Positions 41,598-51,840 of a stretch of DNA of 64,000 nt are shown here, piece by piece. Source of the DNA: an uncultured archaeon. GTDB taxonomy: Archaea; Thermoplasmatota; Thermoplasmata; Thermoplasmatales; Thermoplasmataceae. Under the pieces are notes generated by a model. The model was given only the letters and a program-made list of their open reading frames with translations, was not told where the DNA came from and did not search any database. The DNA lies in contig CP009479.1 of the NCBI GenBank assembly GCA_000965745.1, positions 832,001-896,000 of the forward strand. Direction: 5' to 3'. The stretch's first letter is position 1. Each line of letters opens with the position of its first letter. The translations under genes were made by a program, and so were the position numbers.

Positions 41598-43884
41598 CTT
41601 TCTTGTCTGTTTTTTTCTTGTTGAACTCACAATCCATCTTGGGGCAGAATTTCCACTTTCTCCTGCTCCTGGTAGCGACAATCAGCGGAGACCCGCAATG
41701 CTCGCACTTCTCTCCTGTTGCAGAAAGTAATCCCATCTGGGGAAGTGGGTAGGTCACAGTGCAGTCCGGGTAGTTCGAGCAGCCAAGGAACCTCTTTCCA
41801 TACCTGGACTGCCTGACAACAAGGTTTCCCCCGTCAGATGGGCATGAGCCGAAGTTGTCCTTCCTCTTGTTGAACTCACAGGATGGATCGATGCACCTGT
41901 AATCCGGGGACTGTCCTCTCCTGATGGCTTTAATCTGCGGCAACGAACAGACAGGGCATTCCTTGTCTGTAAGCTGGATAAGGATCCGTGCAGGAGCCTT
42001 GAAATCTATCTTGCAGGTGTCATCCTCGCACTTCAGCCTTGAGAATGACCTTTCCTTAATGTGGAGTATATTCTTTCCTTTGTGAATTGGGCATTCCCCT
42101 ATGGGTGAACCCATTCTGAGGTGCTCCCTGATAGTATCCTTTATGACCGATTCATTCTTCTTGAGATCGTTCAGCACATTGTGGAGCATTTTCCTGGACA
42201 GATCGACAACCTCTGTTTTCTTTATCTCGCTGTTTGCGATCTTGTCCATGTCAACTTCCAGGGCAGCAGTCATTTCCGGCTCGGCTATCTGGGACTCCAC
42301 CGTGAGTATTGACTTGATTAGGCCTATACCTAGGGGTGTCGGCCTGACAGGGTTCCCCTCTATAAAACCCCTGTTCTGGAGTTTGGCAATAATGTCATGC
42401 CGCGTGCTCTTGGTTCCTAGATTCAGATCCTCCATCTTCTTGAGGAGCGAAGACACATCGTATCTCCTGGGCGGTTTCGTGAAATCCTCATTCTTCTGCC
42501 AGTCTCTGGCCTCAACCTCCTCTCCCTCTTCAAGATCGGGGTGGAAATTCTCCTTGGGGTGGTAATACGTGTAGATGCTCAGCCACCCTTTCTTCGTTAT
42601 CCTCACGCCCTTGGTCAGGAAATTATAGTCTGCGACCCTGATGGTTGCCTCCTTGATCTCCCTCCCGCCTTCCTCGTAAAGTGTCGCGAGAAACCTCTTG
42701 GTGACAAGCTCGTAGACTTTTGCGTAGTCACCTTTCAGGGCACCTTTCTTAGCAGCTCCCGTAGGGTAGATCGGAGGATGGTCTGTTGCCTCTGTCCTCC
42801 CTCTGGAAGGCCTGATCTTTTCCTGTGAAAGGACCATGTCAACCTCCTTTGAAAACTCTGTTTCCTTGAGCTTGTTAAGAACACTCTTGAGATTTATTGA
42901 CCTCTGGTAAACGGTGTTGTCAGTTCTCGGGTAACTGATCAGACCCCTCATGTAAAGTGATTCCGCTATATTCATCGCCTTCGCAGGGGCAATCTGGATC
43001 CTGGAAGCCTCCCTTAGAAACTCGGTAGTGTTGAAGGGGGGAGGCCTGCCTATACGCTCATTTCTCTTTTCGAACTGAATTACTGATCCGTTCCTTCCGT
43101 TAATGGAATTGAATATCTTTTCGGCCTCCTCTTCATCGAATATGTCCCCGCCCTCATACTCTCCGGTAAAATCGCCCTCCTTATGGAAGACTACCTGTAC
43201 CTTCCAGAATTGCTGCGGGACGAAGGAGTTGATTTCCAGTTCTCTGTTTACAATGAGGCCGAGGGTGGGGGTCTGAACCCTTCCGACTGAGAGGAAATCC
43301 TTTCCGTACCTGTTTGAGACAACAGATATGAACCTTGTTAGGACTGCCCCCCACATCAGGTCTATCTCTTCCCTTGCGGAAGCTGAGTCTGCAAGGTTAT
43401 AATCAACCTCGATGAGGTCATCAAACGCGCTTGTGATCTCATCCTTGGTGAGTGCACTGAACTTGGCCCTTCTGATGCTGGGTGTAGTCTTGCTTTTCTT
43501 CTGTGCATCCTTTATGATGTCCAGGGCTTCCACCCCGATGAGTTCTCCCTCCCTGTCATAGTCGGTTGCGACTACAACTGTATCAACATCCTTGGAAAGG
43601 GCCTGAAGGGTGTTTACTGCATTCCTGTTCTTGGAAACATGGATTATGTCCGCATCTATCAGTTCACTGAAGTCTACAGACTTCCAGTCCTTCATGGTCT
43701 CCGGAAAATTGATCTCAACAATATGGCCGCTTAGAGGGATTAGATAGTAATGTACCCCATCTTTCTCGAACTCTATATAACTCATTCCCTTGGGCCTTTT
43801 CTGCTTTGAGGAGCCTTCCGACAGGAAGTAGGCAATCCTTCTGCCGGCATCAGCCTTCTCTGCAATTATGATCTTATTGGACAA
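41566..43884 (-). CDS. topA: Type IA DNA topoisomerase with C-terminal zinc ribbons
   Basis: IAEK, ATDYDREGE, SVGRVQTPTL, ISYPRTD. Confidence 0.96.
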   Translation of the reverse strand: MSNKIIIAEKADAGRRIAYFLSEGSSKQKRPKGMSYIEFEKDGVHYYLIPLSGHIVEINFPETMKDWKSVDFSELIDADIIHVSKNRNAVNTLQALSKDVDTVVVATDYDREGELIGVEALDIIKDAQKKSKTTPSIRRAKFSALTKDEITSAFDDLIEVDYNLADSASAREEIDLMWGAVLTRFISVVSNRYGKDFLSVGRVQTPTLGLIVNRELEINSFVPQQFWKVQVVFHKEGDFTGEYEGGDIFDEEEAEKIFNSINGRNGSVIQFEKRNERIGRPPPFNTTEFLREASRIQIAPAKAMNIAESLYMRGLISYPRTDNTVYQRSINLKSVLNKLKETEFSKEVDMVLSQEKIRPSRGRTEATDHPPIYPTGAAKKGALKGDYAKVYELVTKRFLATLYEEGGREIKEATIRVADYNFLTKGVRITKKGWLSIYTYYHPKENFHPDLEEGEEVEARDWQKNEDFTKPPRRYDVSSLLKKMEDLNLGTKSTRHDIIAKLQNRGFIEGNPVRPTPLGIGLIKSILTVESQIAEPEMTAALEVDMDKIANSEIKKTEVVDLSRKMLHNVLNDLKKNESVIKDTIREHLRMGSPIGECPIHKGKNILHIKERSFSRLKCEDDTCKIDFKAPARILIQLTDKECPVCSLPQIKAIRRGQSPDYRCIDPSCEFNKRKDNFGSCPSDGGNLVVRQSRYGKRFLGCSNYPDCTVTYPLPQMGLLSATGEKCEHCGSPLIVATRSRRKWKFCPKMDCEFNKKKTDKKGEKSDKAKSS

Positions 43885-43973
43885 TTCGTTCCCTCAATAC
43901 TGGTGGAGTAGGTAGAATCAACATATCTTATATATTTTTACACATAAAACCACAGCGCAGCCAATGGCCCATA

Positions 43974-44936
43974 TCACTTGAAAAGCTCCCTGACCTGCTC
44001 ATCTGGTGAGTTCCCTCCCGTAATAATCAAGGCTATTTTCTTCCCCTTTATCTTTTCCTTCATCTTAAGTGCCGCCGCTATGGAGGATGAAGATGCAGAT
44101 TCCGGGATGATGTGGGCCTTCTCAGCTACAAGCCTCATGGACACCTTTATGTCATTATCGCTGACGAGTGTAAATTCATCGAGGTGCCTTCTCATGATCT
44201 TCTGGGTGAATTCATAACCTTCGGCGGTTGAAAGGCCTTCAGCATATGTCCTGTTTTCAGCCTCAACTATTCTTCCCTCCTTCCACGAAAGGAAGGCTGC
44301 CGGGGAACTTTCAGACTGGACTCCGATAACTTCAATTCCGGAATTAACAGCCTTTGCCACTATGGAAGCGCCGCTCGCACCGCTACCTCCACCTACAGGC
44401 ACTATTATGGCATCTATGTCCGGCACTTCCTCGAGAACCTCGAGTGTGAGGGTACCAACTCCCGCGACAAGATCGGGCTCGTTTGCCGAATGTATGTACC
44501 TGTACCCCTCTTCTCTTGAAAGTGACTCTGCGTATATTCTTGCATCATCAAATCTGGGGCCATGGAAAATTATCTCACCTCCAAGGCTCCTCGTTGCCTG
44601 AACCTTTTCCGGGTTTGACCCCTCAGGCATTACAACCATGGCATGGGTCCCGAACAGCCTTGAAGCATAAGACACTCCTTGGGAGAAATTTCCAGTGGAT
44701 GCTGCTATCACACCTTTCCTCCTCTCTTCGGCACTCAGTTTTGAAATAAGGTAGGTGGCGCCCCTCACCTTGAAAGAACCAGTCGGGAGCATGTTTTCGA
44801 GCTTCAGGTAAGTTTGAGCTCCCAGTTCCGAATCCAGGGCGGGGAAGTTGACCAGTGGGCTTGGAGGAAAATATCTGCGCAGCACCTTTCTCGCAAGCAT
44901 TACATCATTCAGTTTCGGGACCATGTAGTCAGGCAT
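43974..44936 (-). CDS. PLP-dependent threonine/serine dehydratase (short form)
   Basis: TGSFKVRG, STGN, PVGGGSG, TGGN. Confidence 0.9.
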   Translation of the reverse strand: MPDYMVPKLNDVMLARKVLRRYFPPSPLVNFPALDSELGAQTYLKLENMLPTGSFKVRGATYLISKLSAEERRKGVIAASTGNFSQGVSYASRLFGTHAMVVMPEGSNPEKVQATRSLGGEIIFHGPRFDDARIYAESLSREEGYRYIHSANEPDLVAGVGTLTLEVLEEVPDIDAIIVPVGGGSGASGASIVAKAVNSGIEVIGVQSESSPAAFLSWKEGRIVEAENRTYAEGLSTAEGYEFTQKIMRRHLDEFTLVSDNDIKVSMRLVAEKAHIIPESASSSSIAAALKMKEKIKGKKIALIITGGNSPDEQVRELFK

Positions 44937-45080
44937 GTTACACGCATATAGGAGTAAGTGAATTTAAAGTATTCAAATAATACAAAGAGGCGTTTGGCCT
45001 GAACCGAAAACAGGCAAACTATTTGAGCCAAATAGGAATGCATTGCCAGTAATCTCCTGTTCCGGCTGAAGAAATTAGAT

Positions 45081-45647
45081 ATGAACATGAACGGCAAACT
45101 GAATATTGAAACTTGCAAAGGGGTATATGAGCCCGCAGAAGACAGCTATCTTATGATCAAAACTGCCAGCTGCGGTAAGAAGGTACTAGAAGTTGGTTCA
45201 GGAAGCGGAATCGTGTCAGTGCACTGTGCCATGCTTGGATCAGAGGTTGATGCGGTTGACATTAATGGACAGGCGGTTGAGTGCACCATTAATAATGCCA
45301 GGAAAAATGGGGTGGAAGTTAACACTTTTGTTTCAGACCTGTTCAATGAAGTGGAAATCGGGATAAAATATGATACTATCATCTTCAATCCGCCTTATCT
45401 TCCGACAGACGACAATATTCCGGGAAGTGAGCAATGGGATGGTGGTCCTGACGGATTCAGGCTGGTTCGCCTATTCCTGAGGGAAGCGCCCGTCCGTCTT
45501 TCAGACCGTGGTGAAATATATCTTATTCTTTCAACGCTTACCGACATTGAGGGCCTGAAAGAGGAATTTTCACATCTCAGATTTGAGGAAGCCGGAAGTT
45601 CCAGCTTCTTCTTTGAAAAGATTTTAGTCTTGAGAATCACTTCATAG
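45081..45647 (+). CDS. HemK2/PrmC-like protein methyltransferase
   Basis: VYEPAEDS, EVGSGSG, FNPPYLP. Confidence 0.9.
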   Translation: MNMNGKLNIETCKGVYEPAEDSYLMIKTASCGKKVLEVGSGSGIVSVHCAMLGSEVDAVDINGQAVECTINNARKNGVEVNTFVSDLFNEVEIGIKYDTIIFNPPYLPTDDNIPGSEQWDGGPDGFRLVRLFLREAPVRLSDRGEIYLILSTLTDIEGLKEEFSHLRFEEAGSSSFFFEKILVLRITS

Positions 45648-45689
45648 GGCAGCTTCGGAATACAGTGAACATGAATCTGGAAGGAAAAC

Positions 45690-46778
45690 ATGGGCGGCAT
45701 TGAAGACAGGATAAAGGATATCGAGGAAGAACTCAAGAAAACTGAGTACAATAAGGCTACAGAGCACCACATCGGTATTCTTAAGGCTAAGCTTGCAAAG
45801 CTTCAGGCCGAGGCGAATGAGAGGCATGGCAGCGGAGGCGGAGGGTTTGCAATACCAAAGTCCGGAGACGCAACAATTGCGCTCGTAGGATTTCCCAGCG
45901 TTGGAAAGAGCAGCCTCCTGAACGCTATGACCGGGACGGAGAGCAAAGTTGGAAGCTTTGCCTTCACGACCCTTAAGGTCATCCCCGGAACGCTTGACTA
46001 CAGGGGTGCACAAATACAGATTCTCGATCTGCCAGGAATCATTGAAAATGCAGCTCTTGGATCAGGCAGGGGGCGCGAAGTCCTGAGCATGGTCAGATCT
46101 GCAGATCTGATACTCATCATTACCGACACTGATATGAAAGGCATAGACAGGATCGTTTCAGAGCTGGAGAAGGTGGGAATTGTAGTAAACAGGCGAAAGA
46201 AGAACATTGCAATGAAGAAGGCAAATAAAGGTGGAATAAAGATCCACAAGCCCAAGAACGTTAAAATTGACAATGGAGAAATTAAGGCGGTCATCAAAGA
46301 ATTCAAGATAACAAATGCAGACCTTTACATCAGGGAGAACGTCACAATGGAAGATATCATAGATTTTCTTAGCGGGAACAGGGTCTATGCAAAATCTCTA
46401 GTGGTGGTGAACAAGATTGATATACCCCACGACACCAGAAAGGTGAAAAGGGAATCCGCAAAGTACCCAAGGGTAGTGAAGGTTTCAGCCTCAACTGGTG
46501 TTGGGGTGGAGGAACTCAAAGAGAAGATCTACGACGAGCTGGATCTTGTAAGGGTGTATCTAAGGAAGAAATCAGGCGATGTTGATTTTGAAAGACCGCT
46601 CGTTCTGACCCGTGGTGCCACAGTTCGCGAAGTCTGCAGGCGAGTGAGCAGGGAGATGCTCAGGTCGTTCAGGTATGCATTGCTGACTCGGAACAACAAC
46701 AAGGTTATTGACCAGCGTGTCGGCCTGGATTATGATATTGAGGATGAGGACATCGTTACAATAGTCAGCAGGAACTGA
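45690..46778 (+). CDS. DRG/OBG family GTPase with TGS domain
   Basis: NKATEHH, GFPSVGKS, FTTL, DLPG, NKID. Confidence 0.93.
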   Translation: MGGIEDRIKDIEEELKKTEYNKATEHHIGILKAKLAKLQAEANERHGSGGGGFAIPKSGDATIALVGFPSVGKSSLLNAMTGTESKVGSFAFTTLKVIPGTLDYRGAQIQILDLPGIIENAALGSGRGREVLSMVRSADLILIITDTDMKGIDRIVSELEKVGIVVNRRKKNIAMKKANKGGIKIHKPKNVKIDNGEIKAVIKEFKITNADLYIRENVTMEDIIDFLSGNRVYAKSLVVVNKIDIPHDTRKVKRESAKYPRVVKVSASTGVGVEELKEKIYDELDLVRVYLRKKSGDVDFERPLVLTRGATVREVCRRVSREMLRSFRYALLTRNNNKVIDQRVGLDYDIEDEDIVTIVSRN

Positions 46779-46821
46779 CGGATCGTTACTATTTTAATTC
46801 ATAAGGCATACTCAGCATCGT

Positions 46822-47094
46822 ATGCCTTTAACCAAGAGAGTCAGATTTTACGGAAGGGTTCAGGGCGTTTACTTCAGGAGGCGCACAAGGGATGCTGCTT
46901 CTGAGTACGGTGTGTCCGGATGGGTGAAGAACTTGCCGGATGGGTCCGTAGAAGCAGAGTTATCCGGTGATACAGATAAGGTTCAGAGGCTGATAGACTA
47001 CTGCCAGAACGAGATGCCTGTGGCAAGAGTAGACAGGGTGGAAATTACTGACATGGGCTATATTGACCACATCGGTTTCAAGATCAAATACTGA
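46822..47094 (+). CDS. acyP: Acylphosphatase
   Basis: GRVQGVYFR, GWVKNLPDGSVE. Confidence 0.95.
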   Translation: MPLTKRVRFYGRVQGVYFRRRTRDAASEYGVSGWVKNLPDGSVEAELSGDTDKVQRLIDYCQNEMPVARVDRVEITDMGYIDHIGFKIKY

Positions 47095-47096
47095 CT

Positions 47097-48329
47097 TCAG
47101 AAATCAGAAGAAGTGAGCACATCGAACTTGTACCCTATTTCCCTTAGCTTCCCGAGGAGTTCGGAAAGATGATCCTGTCCCCTCAGGCTGAGAGTGAACA
47201 TGATGCTCTGAAAGCCTATGGGCGTATCCTGGATCAGGTTGTCTACCTCGGCGTGGAATATGTTCGCGCCAGTCCCCGAAATGGCTGCACTGATCTTCTG
47301 CAGCGTCCCCGGCTTGTCCGGTATCTTGCACATGATCCTTACCAGCTCAGAGTTGTTTTCAAGGCTTTTGAATATTATTTTTGAGAGCAGTAGGAAGTTT
47401 ATGTTTCCTCCTGAAAGAATAACTGCGACGTTCTTTCCTGCCACGTTAACCTTACCCTCCATTATGGCAGCAAATCCGGCAGCCCCGGATGGCTCAACTA
47501 GGGTCTTGTTTCTTTCCAGAAGCTTGAACAATGCCTTTGCAATCCCTTCTTCAGTTACGGTTACTACTTCATCCACATATTTCATTGCAACTTTGAGATT
47601 GAGCTCTCCAGGATACTTCACCGTTATCCCGTCCGCTATGCTGTCATAGCTCACCTTTGGGACAAGTTTCCCCTCGAGCATGGACAGGCGCATTGAATCT
47701 GACAGTTCGGACTGCACTCCTATGATCCTGACGTCTTTTTTGAGGTATTTTGCGCCGAGCGCAACCCCTGCTATGAGACCTCCTCCTCCGACAGGCACTA
47801 CTATGGTGTCGACATCTGGGAGGTCTTCGAGAATCTCCAGGCCTATTGTAGCCTGCCCTGATATGATGGCAGGATCATTGAATGCTTCTATGAATACCCT
47901 ATTCTCATTCTGTGCGATCTCATCAGCCTTTTCCCTGGCCTCCGCGTAGTCGCTTCCATGCAGGATGACCTTAGCCCCGTAGCCAAGTACAGCGTTTGCT
48001 TTAGCGGGTGTTGCAAACTCCGGCATCACAATTTTCGCGTCTATACCGTTCACCATTGCAGAATATGCAAGCCCCTGTGCGTGATTCCCGGCACTGGCAG
48101 TGGTCACCCCCCTCTTTTTCTCCTCTTCTGTAAGATTTGAAATCCTGTACATGGCCCCTCTTGTTTTGAAAGAGCCCGTCTTCTGCAGGTTTTCCATCTT
48201 GAAATGAATATTGCCGGAATAGGTCTTGCTCATAGTGCTTGAATAAAAAAGAGGGGTTCTGTTTATCTTCCCCTTCAGGTATTCCTGCGCCTTTCTTATA
48301 TCATCCAGTGTCGGGATCTCGCCTTCCAT
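47097..48329 (-). CDS. ilvA: Threonine ammonia-lyase with C-terminal ACT domain
   Basis: ENLQKTGSFKTRG, SAGNHAQG, SGGN, PDKPG ACT domain. Confidence 0.92.
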   Translation of the reverse strand: MEGEIPTLDDIRKAQEYLKGKINRTPLFYSSTMSKTYSGNIHFKMENLQKTGSFKTRGAMYRISNLTEEEKKRGVTTASAGNHAQGLAYSAMVNGIDAKIVMPEFATPAKANAVLGYGAKVILHGSDYAEAREKADEIAQNENRVFIEAFNDPAIISGQATIGLEILEDLPDVDTIVVPVGGGGLIAGVALGAKYLKKDVRIIGVQSELSDSMRLSMLEGKLVPKVSYDSIADGITVKYPGELNLKVAMKYVDEVVTVTEEGIAKALFKLLERNKTLVEPSGAAGFAAIMEGKVNVAGKNVAVILSGGNINFLLLSKIIFKSLENNSELVRIMCKIPDKPGTLQKISAAISGTGANIFHAEVDNLIQDTPIGFQSIMFTLSLRGQDHLSELLGKLREIGYKFDVLTSSDF

Positions 48330-48392
48330 CAGAAACACTCCAATGAATCCCACATGGTGAAAAAAGGGCTATGAATTTTTCGCACAAAGTCT

Positions 48393-50036
48393 TCAGAATA
48401 GACCAGTGATCTCACCATTTTCATCTACGTCTATCCCCTCGGCGGATGGGTGGGTTGGAAGGCCCGGCATGGTCATTACCGATCCCAGAAGCGGCACAAC
48501 AAAGCCTGCTCCTGAAGAAATCGAGACTGAAGTCACCTTGATCCTGAAATCCTTGGGGGCGTTCAGCAGTGTCGGATCGTCGCTAAATGAGTACTGGGTT
48601 TTTGCCAGGCAGACCGGAGCTTCCTCCATTCCGACTTTCTTGAGGTTTCTGATATCCTTCAGTGCGCCTTTCTCATATATTACACCCGAGGCGCCATAAA
48701 TCTCCGTCGCGATCTTTTCTATCTTCTCCTTGATATCGTCATCATCGTTATAGGTCCTCTTTATCTGGATATCCTTCTCGGGGATGCTTCCGATAACTTC
48801 CTTTGCAAGGTCGATTCCACCATCCCCCCCTTTGGCGAAGACTTCTGAAAGCGCGAATTTTATGCTGTTCTTCTGCAGTATTTCGATCAGGGCTTTTATT
48901 TCGTTCTCAGTATCCTTGGGGAACCTGTTTATCGCTACAACCGGCTCGAACCCGAATTGGCGCATGTTCTGCACGTGTCTGATCAAGTTTTCTGATCCTG
49001 ATTCGAGCGCTTCAACGTTTTCCTGGTTGATATCCTCGGCCCTGCCATGGTGCTTCAAAGCCCTGATAGTTGCGACTACTACCACCGCATCAACCGGAAG
49101 ATTGCCTATTTTGCTTGCGAGGTTCATGAACTTCTCGGCCCCGAGCTCAGAGCCGAAACCCGCCTCAGTTATCAGATAATCTGTAAGCTTCAGTCCTAAC
49201 TTGTCTGCAAGGATGCTCGATGTTCCATGGGCAATATTCCCGAATGGCCCAGTGTGAACGAAAGCTGGAACTCCTTCCTGAGTCTGGACAAGATTTGGCC
49301 TCAAAGCATCCCTCAGAAGCGCAGCCATAGCACCTGCAGCCTTTAGGTCCCCTGCGAACACAGGCTTGTTGTCTGTTGAATATCCCACAAGTATCTTCGA
49401 GAGCCTTTCCTTAAGGTCAGAGTAACTCTGGGAAAGCCCAAGGATTGCCATAATTTCTGAAGCGGGAGTAATCACAAATTTGTCATTGGTTATTGCACCG
49501 GTGTCCCTTCCTCCTACTCCCACAATGATCTCCCTGAGGGACCTGTCATTCATATCTATCGTTCTTGGAAAGAGTATCTTCTTCGGGTCTATATTTAGCG
49601 GGTTTCCATGGTGAATGTGGTTGTTGATCAGCGCAGAGAGCAGGTTGTGTGCAGCTGAGACTGCAGGAAAATCAGAAGTGAACAGAAGGTTGATCCTGTC
49701 GCTTGGCTCCACGGTGGATTTTCCGCCACCGGTAGCACCTCCCTTAATGCCGAAACATGGACCCAGAGAGGGCTCCCTGAGTGCTACCGCCACATTCTTT
49801 CCCAGTTTCTGGAAAGCCTGGGAGAGACCTATGCTTGTAGTGGTCTTCCCTTCCCCCGCCGGTGTCGGGTTTATTGCAGTTACAAGTATGAGTTTCCCTC
49901 TTTTTCTCCCCTCCCTCCTAGACAGGGCCGAAAGCGAGACTTTGGCCATGGTTCTCCCGTAGGGTTCGTACTCATCCTTCCCAAGCCCAAGCTTGGATGC
50001 TATTTCGGATATTTCCCTCAATTCCATCTCATTCAT
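48393..50036 (-). CDS. fhs: Formate--tetrahydrofolate ligase
   Basis: TPAGEGKTT, GIKGGATGGG, GPFGNIAHG, TMPGLP. Confidence 0.97.
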   Translation of the reverse strand: MNEMELREISEIASKLGLGKDEYEPYGRTMAKVSLSALSRREGRKRGKLILVTAINPTPAGEGKTTTSIGLSQAFQKLGKNVAVALREPSLGPCFGIKGGATGGGKSTVEPSDRINLLFTSDFPAVSAAHNLLSALINNHIHHGNPLNIDPKKILFPRTIDMNDRSLREIIVGVGGRDTGAITNDKFVITPASEIMAILGLSQSYSDLKERLSKILVGYSTDNKPVFAGDLKAAGAMAALLRDALRPNLVQTQEGVPAFVHTGPFGNIAHGTSSILADKLGLKLTDYLITEAGFGSELGAEKFMNLASKIGNLPVDAVVVVATIRALKHHGRAEDINQENVEALESGSENLIRHVQNMRQFGFEPVVAINRFPKDTENEIKALIEILQKNSIKFALSEVFAKGGDGGIDLAKEVIGSIPEKDIQIKRTYNDDDDIKEKIEKIATEIYGASGVIYEKGALKDIRNLKKVGMEEAPVCLAKTQYSFSDDPTLLNAPKDFRIKVTSVSISSGAGFVVPLLGSVMTMPGLPTHPSAEGIDVDENGEITGLF

Positions 50037-50679
50037 CTCCTATTGCGGCTTCAACGAGTTGGAGGACTTCGGATTTAAGCCCGTCACAGTCTTTCATGAA
50101 AATGGACATCTTAGACTTCTCCTCACGGGCAAACTCTTCATCCTTCACAGAGTTGAGATTGATCTTTACGTTGTAGAGTACTCCTTCTATTGCAGAATGT
50201 GCAAAGAGAGCAGCACAGCCGGCATCAGTGACGGCATTCCTGTTCCCATGCCTGGCAAGAGCCAGCGCGAGCTCAAGGACTTCCCGTGAGGCTGAGGCTA
50301 TCTTCCACGGTACCCGTATTGCCCCTTTCGAAGCCTCCACAATCTTATCTTTTCTCTCTTTGACCTCTTCGTCAGAATTCTTTGGCATTTTCAAGGCTTT
50401 TATGATCTCATTGAAGGCATCTTCATCATCCTTCATGAATTTCCTGAGGTCAGCATCTATCTTCTTGCTCTTCTCAATGATTGAATTCATCTCGCCTTCG
50501 TATTCCTCGTATTTTCTCTTGTTGACTGTAAGCGAGGCAACCATCTGATTTAGTGATGAGGCGACTATAGATACCATTGCACTTGCTGCCCCTCCACCAG
50601 GAGCAGGGGATGAGCTTGCAAGCCTTTCCAGAAATGTGTCATAGCTTTCCACATAATCACTTCCACAGTTTTCTCTCAA
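50029..50679 (-). CDS. Formiminotetrahydrofolate cyclodeaminase
   Basis: SPAPGGGAASA, NAVTD, NVKINL; start uncertain. Confidence 0.9.
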   Translation of the reverse strand: MRENCGSDYVESYDTFLERLASSSPAPGGGAASAMVSIVASSLNQMVASLTVNKRKYEEYEGEMNSIIEKSKKIDADLRKFMKDDEDAFNEIIKALKMPKNSDEEVKERKDKIVEASKGAIRVPWKIASASREVLELALALARHGNRNAVTDAGCAALFAHSAIEGVLYNVKINLNSVKDEEFAREEKSKMSIFMKDCDGLKSEVLQLVEAAIGDE

Positions 50680-51553
50680 GGATCTGGTCGTTCTTGAATG
50701 AATTGAGCTGCAGGTAGAATTTTGTTGCCTCTATCATGGCATCCATTGGAACAAGTCCAACGATTTCCGATTCCACCACAGAGACTCCATATCTTGCAGC
50801 CTCCATTTTGACCATTTCGAAAACTCGATATATGGGGGTTTTCTTGTAATTTGTCAGGTTCATGGAGATCTGCACCATCCTCTTATCCTCAAGGTAGAAT
50901 GCCAGCGATTTCACAAAGGCGAACCCCCCGTCTTTCGCGCGGAGCGCCCTTGCTATTTTTTTCCCGAGATTTATGTCCACGGTGTTGAGATTGACATTGT
51001 AGGCTATTAGAAAATCCCTGGCCCCAATTATTGTGGCTCCTGCACTGCCAACTTTCTGCGGACCAAAGTCAGGCTTCCATTTTTCTTCATCTATGGATGC
51101 CTTTAACTGTTCAAACTGAAATTTCCGGCCCCTGATATCCTCAAGGCTCTTCCGTGATGGGACGAGTGCAGCGTCACTGTATAGGTAAACCGGAATATTG
51201 AGCTCCTCCCCAACTCTCTTTGCTAACATTCTTGCGAGCTTAACGCAGTCATTCATGTCTGCTCCGCTCAACGGTATGAATGGTACAACATCTGTTGCCC
51301 CAAACCGGGGATGCTCTCCCGAGTGCCTGTTCAGGTCAATGAGCTCTGCAGCCTTTTTTATGCCCTGAAATGCAGCTTCCACCACATTTTCATAATCTGC
51401 AGTGAATGTAACAACACTCCTGTTATGGTTTTCGTCCATCTCCATATCGAGAATGGTAACACCCTTTACAGAAGAAATTGCAGAAACTATCTGTTCAACC
51501 CTGTCCTCTTTTCGACCTTCACTGAAATTAGGGACGCACTCGATCAATTTCAT
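50657..51553 (-). CDS. Glutamate formiminotransferase
   Basis: IECVPNFSEGR, HNRSV, HPRFGA, LIAYN. Confidence 0.95.
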   Translation of the reverse strand: MKLIECVPNFSEGRKEDRVEQIVSAISSVKGVTILDMEMDENHNRSVVTFTADYENVVEAAFQGIKKAAELIDLNRHSGEHPRFGATDVVPFIPLSGADMNDCVKLARMLAKRVGEELNIPVYLYSDAALVPSRKSLEDIRGRKFQFEQLKASIDEEKWKPDFGPQKVGSAGATIIGARDFLIAYNVNLNTVDINLGKKIARALRAKDGGFAFVKSLAFYLEDKRMVQISMNLTNYKKTPIYRVFEMVKMEAARYGVSVVESEIVGLVPMDAMIEATKFYLQLNSFKNDQILERKLWK

Positions 51554-51840
51554 AGTAAGTTATCGGACGAATGGTATTAAATTTGATTAGGTATATTTCA
51601 TGGGGTGAATAATAATTATTGAGCGTTCTAATTTTCATGTTTTACTGTTTTCATAAGTTATTTACAGATTTCATTTTCCATTAGGAAGCGCTTGATTTCT
51701 ATATTATGATCCAGACATGGTAATCATTAGGGTAGGTTATATATGATCGAATTTGCATTCAAAGCTAATAAAATATCAAATAATACAAACTCTATTATTT
51801 GATTTACAGATGGTTAGGTTACCATCTCGGAGGCTTATGA

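Noticed and set aside
43974-48329. Two threonine dehydratase genes as a recent duplication
   Set aside because: They are divergent and differ in architecture (with and without ACT); ordinary paralogs
51554-51840. NrdR boxes or a cobalamin riboswitch upstream of nrdJ
   Set aside because: AT-rich sequence with no convincing consensus match
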